Source of the DNA: a virus
Length of the DNA stretch: 64,000 bases
Virus record (IMG/VR): IMGVR_UViG_3300021399_000004
Span: 32,001 to 96,000 of that record
Direction: 5' to 3' (one strand)
The notes beneath the pieces were generated by a model. That model was given only the letters and a program-made list of their open reading frames with translations, searched no databases and was not told the DNA's origin. The position numbers were made by a program, and so were the translations under genes. Below, in pieces: positions 19,766 through 29,500 of the stretch (positions within the stretch are counted from its first letter, which is position 1; every line of letters starts with the position of its first letter).

Positions 19766-19850
19766 AAACAGCCCGCTTGGGAGTCGAACCCAATCTGTCG
19801 CTTCAGAGGCTGTGGTTTTAGAGACCACCCGTGCAGCCGCACACCTACGG
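19766..19850 (-). tRNA. Amber suppressor tRNA, anticodon CTA (reads UAG)
   Basis: Acceptor AGCCCGT/GCGGGCT, anticodon arm GTGGT-CTCTAAA-ACCAC, T-arm TTGGG-TTCGACT-CCCAA, 18-nt variable region with TCTG/CAGA stem, discriminator G. Anticodon at plus 19816..19818. Confidence 0.9.
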
Positions 19851-19904
19851 GCTATATAAGTGAGGTTTCCCTCACTTTCTATAATAATTATACCAAAATT
19901 TTAA

Positions 19905-20354
19905 TTAAATGTCAAATGTATCACTTGCTAAAACAATCATATAATAACTATTTGGTTCAACATACTCAGTATTTACTAGAATACTTCCATCTTCATTTAA
20001 AGTACCATTACATACCTCAATAGTAATTAAATCCATAGAACAAAATACAAACTTAATAATTTGATCTTCCTTATATTCGCAAGGGAAACTCCAAGTCATT
20101 GTTGGATAAATATCATCTACTTCAACTGTTATGATTTCATAAATACCGTAATAGTCATCTTCAAATAGCTTATTAAAATCAACGACTTCACTTACAGTAT
20201 TATAAATATCTTCCCATTCTTCATCCAACTCAACTACATGAAAAGGCAAATCAGGCTAACACCAATATAAATCTTCAAGAGAAGGACTATCCGCCGCAAA
20301 ACAAGTCGTTATAATCATCATTAATAGCAACCAAATACTTAAAAATCTCTTCAT
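19905..20354 (-). CDS. Secreted hypothetical protein with N-terminal signal peptide, TAG-recoded
   Basis: Supplied 19905..20249 extends in frame through TAG to MKRFLSIWLLLMMIITTCFAADSPSLEDLYWCQPDLPFHVVELDEEW... Confidence 0.8.
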
Positions 20355-20383
20355 AATTATCATCTTCCTTTTTATTTTTTAAA

Positions 20384-20456
20384 AGCCGCCCATGAGACTT
20401 GAACTCATAACCTATTGCTTACAAGGCAATTGCTCTGCCGATTGAGCTAGAGCGGC
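20384..20456 (-). tRNA. tRNA-Thr(TGT)
   Basis: Acceptor GCCGCTC/GGGCGGC, anticodon arm ATTGC-CTTGTAA-GCAAT. Confidence 0.9.
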
Positions 20457-21113
20457 GAAAGAGGATACTCTACTTAACAATTATAGTGACCTTCGTCATA
20501 CTTGCAGCATTCTTCAATTATATTCAACCACTACAGAATTAAAGGCTGAGCCATGAGTAGCGACCTCATAACTTCTTTAATCCGCTTTCGCCTAGTGTAG
20601 GAGGGGTTGTTTACCCTCAAGTTTCAGCCAAACCATTCAGCAAATACGATAAAAAAGCTTACCCCGCTTTTGTTTATCATGCTAAATTTCTGTCTTGGCC
20701 TACTCCAACTTTAAACCTTTCTTATATGCCATTTCTGGCTTTCATCGACAGTAACCGCTTGTTGGTCTTTCCTGAGTTTGTACTGGCTACCACCCCAATA
20801 CCTTATCAGGATTCGGCATTATCTATTCAATACTGCTGTCTATTATGCGGCCGAAAGGAATAATGTTTTTAATTGCGAATACTCAAGCGCCTATCCTTAA
20901 TCTTTGGAGTTTCTCCTTTATCGCTAATCATTGCTGATTTCGCGGCTAGATAATAAAAGTATCCTTCTATCATTGCTAGCGATTGTCCGGATAGCCCAAG
21001 CTACGTGGTTAGCGTATCTGCACTTGGTTCTAAAATTGCTAAGTAGAATATCCTCCCTCTCAGTATAATACTATTATACCAAATTTTTCTTTAAAAGTCA
21101 AATATTTGACTAG
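20457..21113 (-). ncRNA. Large candidate structured non-coding RNA between tRNA-Thr and tRNA-Ala (ROOL/GOLLD-like context)
   Basis: About 650 nt with no ORF even with TAG sense, higher GC than neighbours, many local stems, tRNA-flanked. Confidence 0.5.
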
Positions 21114-21186
21114 TGGACTGACGGGGAATCGAACCCCGACTCTCTGCTTGCAAGGCAGAAGTGCTAACCATTATCACTACCAGCCC
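21114..21186 (-). tRNA. tRNA-Ala(TGC)
   Basis: GGGCTGG...TCTGC-CTTGCAA-GCAGA...CGGGG-TTCGATT-CCCCG-TCAGTCC. Confidence 0.88.
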
Positions 21187-21389
21187 ATATTCACTTACTT
21201 TCGTTGTCTTTTTATTATAGTGTGCTGCTAAATGACTAAGCCACATATCTTTTAACTCCACTAAAGCACATTTGGTTTAGCATTTCCTTACTTGGTCTAC
21301 AGTTAAAAGCCGGTGGTAGTTTAGTGAGAATCCATCCTTACCGCACACTAGGCCTATTTTATTACACGCAGAGCGCCCATGCGTACTGG

Positions 21390-21530
21390 CGCTCCCCATA
21401 GGATTTGAACCTATAACCCTGCGGTTAGGGCAGAGGCGAGAATTGAACTCGCAACGTGGGCGTCCCTCACACGATTACCAAATCGTCTCTCTGCTACAGC
21501 CGCATGCTCTACCGATTGAGCTAGAGGAGC
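21390..21530 (-). tRNA. tRNA-Asn(GTT)-like gene carrying a 68-nt tRNA-like insertion in the anticodon loop
   Basis: Outer GCTCCTC/GGGGAGC acceptor, D-arm GCTCAATCGGTAGAGC, anticodon stem TGCGG/CCGCA, T-arm ATAGG-TTCAAAT-CCTAT. The insert has its own GCGAG-TTCAATT-CTCGC T-arm and GCAGAG/CTCTGC closing stem. Confidence 0.65.
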
Positions 21531-21602
21531 ATAGAATGGGGATTTTATTTTTCCCTCATTCACAATATAATTATACATTATTTTTTACTTTAAGTCAGAT
21601 TT

Positions 21603-23315
21603 TTAATAGTAGAAATAATATTGTTCTGGCAAATTTTTATTGTCATTTAATTCTCGTACAAAGCGTTTAATATTTGGTCTTGGAATGTATTGCGATAACT
21701 TTTTAATTCGTCTACTAAAGAATATTGATTGCTAATTTTCATTCTCTCGGCTATTTTCATCTGCATATTTCTTATAGCTTTGTAGATAAAATCGTCTTAT
21801 ATCTTTCCAATATTGCTCTAAAAATTCAGGATGGTTTTTAACACAACGAAGAAAGTAATTATACAAATCAATTAAGAAAATATTCATTTTTTCTATTATA
21901 ATACTAGTGTCTACTTTTGCTTTTTCGCATAAGTTAATACAGTAAATACCATTATCTACAATGCCTGGCAAAGCTGTATATAAAAAATTTTTATTATCCT
22001 TATATGTTAATGAATTTTTATTTACTACAGTTTTATATATTGGCAAATCATAATGCCGAATATGATATGTCTATTCTACTCTATTGTAGTCATCAATAAT
22101 AGCATAGCAAGTCAAATTTATACCACAGTCTTCTGCCGCAAAAGAACCAACACCTTGATTATATGGTAAAATATTATAAACTTCTAAGAACTCTCTACGA
22201 TATACTTTACCGGGTGTAGATGGTTCATATGCACTTTGTACTATATTATCTGCGCCGTTAATCCAACTCCATTCATAAATGTCCATAACTCTATTATTGT
22301 CTAATTCATCTTTTACAGCTAGTAAACAATATTTAGATAAAATAATATCGCCGCAATCTACAAAAGTTAAATATGTACCGTGTGTATTTTGCATGCCGAT
22401 GCGTCTGGCATTGCCGGGCCCCTAATTCTTTTCTAATTTAATCAACTATATTAATGGAAACTATTTAATTATATTAGTATAATCAACTGATGAAGCGTCA
22501 TCAATTACTACAATATGTAACCACTCATATTCTGGATAATAAACAGATTTTAAAGTACGTATTAATCCTTTTTCATCATTATAACTAGGTATAATAATAT
22601 CTAAATCTATCTTATCCGATTGATTATATATTATTTTATTATTAGGGATAGACATATATTTATTAAAAATAGGATATTTCTACCATTCATGGTTCCCTGC
22701 AAAATGATTTATTTTTCTACTTTTTGCTTTCTAAAAATCAGTAGAATCATTCATATTATAGTCAGGTGGTAAATTTAAAATATAACCTTGACATAATTTA
22801 TTTAAAGCATTTTGCTCTGGAAAAATTTCATAATGATTATTAATATAATTAATTAGTTCATCATCTTTTTTATCATCTCGTAATTTTTTTAGATTCATTA
22901 ACATAACGCCGCAGTTAATATCTAAAAACATTTCAGTACAATTAGAAGGCTAAGACGAAGCGGCAATGTAATAATCACTAATATCTATATCCCATAATTC
23001 TGAAATATTTTCATTTACAATTGTATCAACATCTAATGACAAAACTTTATCTAAGTCCGGGAATATTTTTCCTAAAGCAACTCGTATTAAGGCCATATAA
23101 GTAAATTCACTTTTAAAATTAGGCCCATGCTTATCAAAATAAGTCTAATTACTTACATTTAATGTTTTTGTTTTTGGCGGTAATTCATATGGAAATACGT
23201 CATCTTCAATTAGAAAATAAATCTATTCAACATTTGAATGAATAAGTAATGATTTTGCTGCACCAATCATATATTTGTAAAGGTTTCTGGTGCCTGTATA
23301 TACCGCTGTCCTCAT
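21603..23315 (-). CDS. Bifunctional glycosyltransferase, GT8-like + GT2-like, TAG-recoded (570 aa)
   Basis: Joins 21732..22046, 22071..22394, 22461..22655 and 22731..22931 in one frame. GT8 'KVLSLDVDTIVNENISELWDIDI', 'LDINCGVMLMNLKKL', 'PEQNALN'; GT2 'DLDIIIPSYNDEKGLIRTLKSVY', 'VVIDDAS', 'EKNQGPGNARRIGM'. Confidence 0.85.
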
Positions 23316-24010
23316 AATATTTCCTCCCATTTCAAATTGATATAATATCGTACAATGGGTTCTACAAAGAAATAATCACGAATACCAGCATAATGATAAA
23401 TTTTTCTTTTATTAGGATTATAATTCATAAATAATGGATGAGAATTATATTCTGTTGGTAATTCTAGAATATGATTCTTATATACCTTATTAAGAGTATC
23501 CTATTCGGCGTACTCTTCTCTATAATGATTTAATCTAAAAATCATTTTTTCATCCATTTTATCTTCACGAATTTTTTTTAAATTACATAATAATACTCCG
23601 CCGTTTACATATAATCCATTTTTATTAAATTCTGGTGTATCTCTTACGCCAGCAATATAATAATTTGATATATCAATATCCCAAAGTTCATCTATATTTT
23701 CAGTAACAATTGTATCAATATCTAAAGATAGAATCTTATCTAACTCTGGGAATATTTTAGAATAGACAGAGCGGATAAGAACCATATAGCCACCCCATCC
23801 ATCATACCAATTCATGCAAGTTTCTTTCTTAAACCATTGCTAATTACTGATATTAATACACTATACTTTATCTGGTAGTTCATAAGGGAAAATATCATCT
23901 TCAATTAATAAAAATATCTAATCAATATGAGAGTTCATTAGTAATGATTTTATAGCAGGTATCATTTTATAATACACATTTCGTGTTCCACTATATGCCG
24001 CTACTTTCAT
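23312..24010 (-). CDS. GT8-family glycosyltransferase, TAG-recoded
   Basis: MKVAAYSGTRNVYYKMIPAIKSLLMNSHIDQIFLLIEDDIFPYELPDKVQ...'LDKILSLDIDTIVTENIDELWDIDI'...'AEQDTLNKV'; TGA overlaps the next ATG. Confidence 0.88.
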
Positions 24011-24044
24011 ATTACACTTCCTTAAATAAAATTAAAGTTTATAA

Positions 24045-24117
24045 TACCCGATGTGAGATTTGAACTCAACATTTCAGGCTTGAAAGGCCTGCGTGCTTAC
24101 CTTTACACAAATCGGGC
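24045..24117 (-). tRNA. tRNA-Glu(TTC)
   Basis: Acceptor GCCCGAT/ATCGGGT, anticodon arm CAGGC-CTTTCAA-GCCTG. Confidence 0.85.
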
Positions 24118-24953
24118 ATATAGCGGTTTGATAACTCAGCCGCAACTGAGTAGGCTACACTGTGTGACGGATGCGGCTCGGCCTCTACGGATACCGTCGT
24201 AACGTTATCCTACCGCTTTACCAGTTTACCCCTTGTACTTTGGGCTGGCGAGGACATTCAAGCCTGATGTTTCCTCCCATTCCGTTTTTCACCTATAGAG
24301 TATCTGGCTACTCTATAAGAAGTCGCTACGCTTCTTGCCCCAATCACTCACTGACTGGCGTCATAGCCTTTTTAATGTCTAGACCATGTAACGACAACTA
24401 GCGATGAGAACCATTTATTCTCATTTTCTGGAACACTAGGTACTTTATTTTACTCCTCTTTTGTATAGCGCCGAGTAAGTTCGGTATAAGTACGCAACCC
24501 TTCACTTTGCGCTTTCTTGGCTGTTCTTCAAACTCCATTTAACCCATTCTTCTCATATGCTGAAATTAATCATATTAGCTACTTATGATCCGACTCAAAT
24601 CCTTCTTCAGCATAACAGCATTTGGGCACCATTACTCTGCCTGCCTACCAGAGTCGCAGCAGTTTGGCCCTGCTTGCCGACACCGCATATTTATATACCG
24701 CGAACGATGTGCGGTTTGGCATGTACCATTTAACTATTTATTAATCGCTCTGAAATACGTACCAAAGGAGCGATGGCTTTTCCCTATCCCTTAAGGCACG
24801 GCCGCGCTTTTAAATAATGCCGCCCTATATCTCTTCAGGTCTGGTCTTTGCCAATCCCCACTTCCCATTTCCGAAGTGTAGCGCACCATGTTAGTTTGGC
24901 TCAACACGGATAGCCGCAGCGTAGATTAATGTCCCTACTGTCTTGGACAATGG
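24118..24953 (-). ncRNA. Giant candidate structured non-coding RNA (about 830 nt) between tRNA-Glu and tRNA-Asp (GOLLD-like context)
   Basis: No coding potential with either stop set, GC-rich, many local hairpins (e.g. GAGTAGCCAGATACTC, GAAGCGTAGCGACTTC), exactly tRNA-flanked. Confidence 0.55.
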
Positions 24954-25026
24954 CGACTTCGGCGGGAATTGAACCCGCGATTTCCAGTGTGACAGACTGG
25001 CGCGATAACCACTACGCTACGAAGTC
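24954..25026 (-). tRNA. tRNA-Asp(GTC)
   Basis: Acceptor GACTTCG/CGAAGTC, anticodon arm CCAGT-CTGTCAC-ACTGG, discriminator G. Confidence 0.9.
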
Positions 25027-25126
25027 ATAAAGGCGGTTTAAACTATTTTTAGTCTCATTACCGCCAAGTTTAAGGACTCTCAACCTTACATATATATTAT
25101 ACTAAATTTTTTAATTAATGTCAATT

Positions 25127-25282
25127 AATCATCATAACACTCGGTTTCAATACCAAGTTCCTCACAGAAGTCAGATTCAATTTCATACCAAGTCTCATGC
25201 ATGGCATAGTCATACGCATAATTAGTGTATTCTTCAGAATGGGCCTCACATACGAAATCATCCAGATAGTTAATCATACTAC
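25127..25282 (-). CDS. Small acidic hypothetical protein
   Basis: MINYLDDFVCEAHSEEYTNYAYDYAMHETWYEIESDFCEELGIETECYD, preceded by GGAGG-type RBS. Confidence 0.5.
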
Positions 25283-25434
25283 CTTACCTCCTTCTGTATC
25301 TATATTATACTTAAATTTTTAATAAAAGTCAAGAAAAAATCATCTAAATTTTTACTCTTTGAACTTTCTCTTTAAAAATAGGTTGTGAGGCTATCGTTAA
25401 ATTCAAGTAAAAATTTCAAAATTTAGATGAAATT

Positions 25435-25463
25435 GTTACCTTTATTCGCGTAATAAAGGTAAC
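25435..25463. promoter_or_regulatory. Perfect 12-bp inverted repeat in the divergent intergenic region
   Basis: GTTACCTTTATT-CGCGT-AATAAAGGTAAC. Confidence 0.75.
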
Positions 25464-25783
25464 GGCTAAGAATTTAACATAGTCTTAGCAAACTACGTGT
25501 TTATATCGAAAACAAACCGAGCAGTTATCGTACTGGGTTCTCAACGGCCACGAGTTCGTCGGGTTGGTTCCACCCCGCCGACATACATTTACGAAGATGC
25601 AGGATTACGGCATGATGTTGCTCCGGAACAAACTTATATGGTCATGCGCTCATAGCTACTTATATAAGGAAAAGTAGCCTAAACCGCTATCTTTTCTCCG
25701 CGGTAAGTTAAGATAGCAAAACTTTCCGTAACGACTGTTGCGCACTTAAGTTTCTCCATTATAGATGGAGGCTTCTCGCGCAG

Positions 25784-25855
25784 TTGCGGGAAGAAGAATC
25801 GAACTTCTATCTCCGGGATATGAACCCAGTCATTTTACCTTTACACTATCCCGCG
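25784..25855 (-). tRNA. Initiator-type tRNA-fMet(CAT)
   Basis: Acceptor CGCGGGA/TCCCGCA with C1:A72 mismatch; anticodon arm CTGGG-TTCATAT-CCCGG with three consecutive G:C pairs (initiator hallmark). Confidence 0.8.
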
Positions 25856-25897
25856 ATATTGGGTTGATTACGGCTCAACCCATAAGCCGCAATCACC

Positions 25898-26245
25898 TTA
25901 TAGTAGATTTAGTAACTTCGGAAAATCAAAAATATCGAAAAGACTAGGGACTTCCTTAATATCATTGGTAGAAAAATGATAGGTCTTATACTTGGAAATA
26001 AAATCTTCCAATTCCTTCCGATACGCATTTTGTGCTTCAACCATTGCCTTGCGCGCGGCATCAACACGCTCTGCGGCGGCCTTGCGCTCGGAAGCGGCCT
26101 TTTCCTTCTCTGCCTTGACGCGGGCCTCTTCTCTTTCCTTCAATACCTTTTGACGATTAGCCTCTTCCTGTGCCTTAAATTCGGCTTCGAGACATTCCTT
26201 TTCAGTATTGTATACCTTATTAAGTTTTTCGCTGTAGTATTTCAT
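25898..26245 (-). CDS. Coiled-coil Ala/Lys/Glu-rich hypothetical protein
   Basis: Open ORF, 115 aa, long charged helical region. Confidence 0.7.
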   Translation of the reverse strand: MKYYSEKLNKVYNTEKECLEAEFKAQEEANRQKVLKEREEARVKAEKEKAASERKAAAERVDAARKAMVEAQNAYRKELEDFISKYKTYHFSTNDIKEVPSLFDIFDFPKLLNLL

Positions 26246-26513
26246 ATTAATCTACTCCTTCGCAGTTCCTTACCTGCTTTCTTTATTTCAAGGGAGGTTC
26301 CTTACCCTCTCTTGATAAATATATTATAGCATAGTAATTTAAAAAAGTCAAATGTTTAAGGGAAAGAATTTTACAATGAATGGAAGAGATTTTTATATAT
26401 ATTTATTTTGTATCTAAATACCTATTTATTAGGATTATACGTTGAGGTAAAAGGCGTATTTATCCTACTTTCTAGAAAGATGGATTTATTTTTGAGAAAA
26501 AGGAGGTAATGAT

Positions 26514-29500
26514 ATGGCTGATAATCAATTTGAAACTAGGAATTCCAGATGGAAGGAAAATGATGTTATCAACGAAGAGGACCTTAACCGAATTGAAGAT
26601 AATTTGGATTATTTGAAAGAAAAGATTGATACATTTAATAATGTCGGCGCCGGGAGTCTTAGTGAGATACTTAATAGTAAAGCTGATGTTAGCGATCTGT
26701 AGACTTTATAGGGTAGCGTTAATACTCTAAGTTCACAATTAAGCGGAAAAGCTAATGTTAGTGATTTAAATGGTAAAGCAAGTTAGTCAGCTGTTGATAA
26801 TCTTACTACTTTGATTAATAGTAAGGCTAATGCTTCTGATGTTAGCTCACTCAATAGTTAGGTTGGCGGACTTGCCACTACTGTTGCAAGTCATGCTAGT
26901 GCAGTAAGTGAAGTGAATAGTGCGCATAGGAATGGAGTAACTAATGATACATTAAGTCAGCGTTTTAGCGCGATTGAAAGTGACATTACAGCGATTGAAA
27001 ATACCATTGGTAGCTCGTCTAGCGGCTCATTAGCCAATCGAGTAACCGCCGTTGAAGGTGCTATTGGTAATGGATATGATAGTGAACATACAGTAGCTGC
27101 CGCAATTTCTGGCATTAATAGTGCTTTGAGTAATAAAGCGGATACCAGTGCTGTTAATGAGGCGTTAGCTGGTAAAGCTTCTAGTAGTGATGTAGAGACT
27201 CTTGATACTCGTTTAGACGCGATTGATGGAGGTAGTGCTTTAACTGGTAGCACTTTGGTTGCGAGGGTTGGCGCGGTTGAATCTAGTCTTACTGGCGCCG
27301 GTGGTATTGATGCACGACTTGATGCTATTGATGGTGGAAGCGCATTAGATACAACAAATGGTACTTTGGCCGCGAGAGTTACGACTGTTGAAGGTATTGC
27401 GAGCACTGCGTTATAGGCTTCTGATATTGCAACATTAAATAGCGATGTAGCGGCATTAAAAAATAAGGATACGATTGTAATGACAGTTGCTGCGTTTGAG
27501 GCTCTTGATGCAACTAGCACAAACACAAATAAAGATGCCGATTATATTGTGGGTCCATATACTGAGGAAGATGACGCTTATAAATATTATCGTATAATCG
27601 GAACAACAAAAACATTAATTAGCGGTGGTGGTAGTGGCACCAATAACGCTGAAATCGTAACTTCTTGGCCGCCATCTGATCCGGATGAAGATACAGATTA
27701 TTATCGTTTTGACTCAGCCTTAAGCTCATATCGCCATTATCGTTATATTAATGGCAATCTTTATCTTATAGGTGGCGATTTATATACAAAAGCAGAAGTA
27801 GATAATAAAATTGCTACAGCACAAGCAGCCCTTGAAGGTGAAAATAAACGCTATTATGCTACTTACAAGACAGAAACTATTGAAATAAATGGTGAAACTC
27901 AATAGCAAGAAAATATGTTTACTTTATATGAAGTTAATGCTGATGATACTGAACATACTAACCCACAAATAGTTAGTCGTTTTTAGATTCAAGGTGGTGG
28001 TGGCAGTAGTATCCCGGCATCTAATCTTACTATTACTCCAATTACTACTTCTCCAGTAGTGGCCTTAGCTTCAGATAAATTATTAATTACTATTCGTTAT
28101 TCATCCACTGATGAAAGTACCGGTTCTGAATATGACGGTACATATACGTGGCGCATTGGCGGGCAAGTTGTAGAATCTAATACGATTTACAATGGTGAAC
28201 GCACCTTTGATTTGACTCAATATTGCTCTATTGGTCAAGCTAGAAATGCTGTATTGTCCATTACTGACGTTACTGGTACAGTTGTAACTCGGGCTTGGAC
28301 TGTCCAACGTATTAATGTAACTATGACTTCAGATTTCAATGATTCATATATTTACGATACTGGTACTAGTGTACAATTTAGATACAATGTTCAGGGACAA
28401 GTAAGTAAAGAAGTCCATTTTATATTTGACGGTACAGAACTTAGTACTACAACAATAACTGACGCCGGTGATAAAATTTATACATTACCAGCGCAAACAA
28501 CTTCTGGAGCGTATTTATTAGAAACTTATTTGATAGCTACTGTTGGAAATAAAACTTTAACAGTACCAGAAAAGCATATATTTAAAGATATTTTATATAA
28601 ATCTTCTACATCAACGGCTCCAATTATTGGCTGCGCTTATCGTGGAGTTACACAAGAAGTTAAACAATTTACTGTTTTGAATATACCATATACAGTATAT
28701 GATCCATTAAATAAATATCCTACTATTACATTAAAAGTAGGTAATACAGTAGTTTCTGAATTCGTCGCTGGTGAAACTATTACTCCTTGGGCCTATCGAG
28801 CGGCAGAATTAGGAGAACAGACATTGACTATTTCTTGCCGCAATACTAGCGTTACAATTAAAGTAAAGGTGACTGAACTTCCAGAAGGCATTCGCCCTAT
28901 TACAGATAACTTAGTTTTTGATTTTAATCCCGCTGGTAAGTCGAATTAGAATTCAGTTGATAAAAATTGGGCGCAAAATAATATTACATTGACTACTTCA
29001 AATACATTCGACTGGAATAATGGTGGATATTAGATTGACGCTGATGGTAATTCTTATTTCTGCGTTAAGGCTGGCGACACAGCTACAATCAATTATAACT
29101 TGTTTGGCCGCGATGATATTAAAGCTCAAGGTGCAAACTTTAAATGTATATTTAAAGTAACAAATGTACGCGATGTAAATTCGACTTTCTTATCTTGCTT
29201 AGCTACTAATAATAGCACACAAATCGGTCTAGAAATGAAAGCCCATGAAACTAACATATATACTTCCGGTGGCACCTTAACACAGCCTTATAGTGAAGAT
29301 GATATTATTGAATTTGAATATAATATTAATGCCCTTACTGGTGGAACATCATATATTATGGTATACGAAGATGGCGTAGGCGCTCGTCCATTGATTTATG
29401 ATGATACTTATATTTTACATTAGAATGGGGAAAATGTTTCTCCAATTACTATTGGTTCTAAAGATTGTGATATTCATATTTATCGTATGAAGGCTTATGC

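Noticed and set aside
24171-24401. Plus-strand ORFs 24171..24401 and 24585..24794 as genes
   Set aside because: They fall in the ORF-free structured tract, have low-complexity/atypical composition and oppose flanking transcription; more likely by-products of a GC-rich ncRNA.
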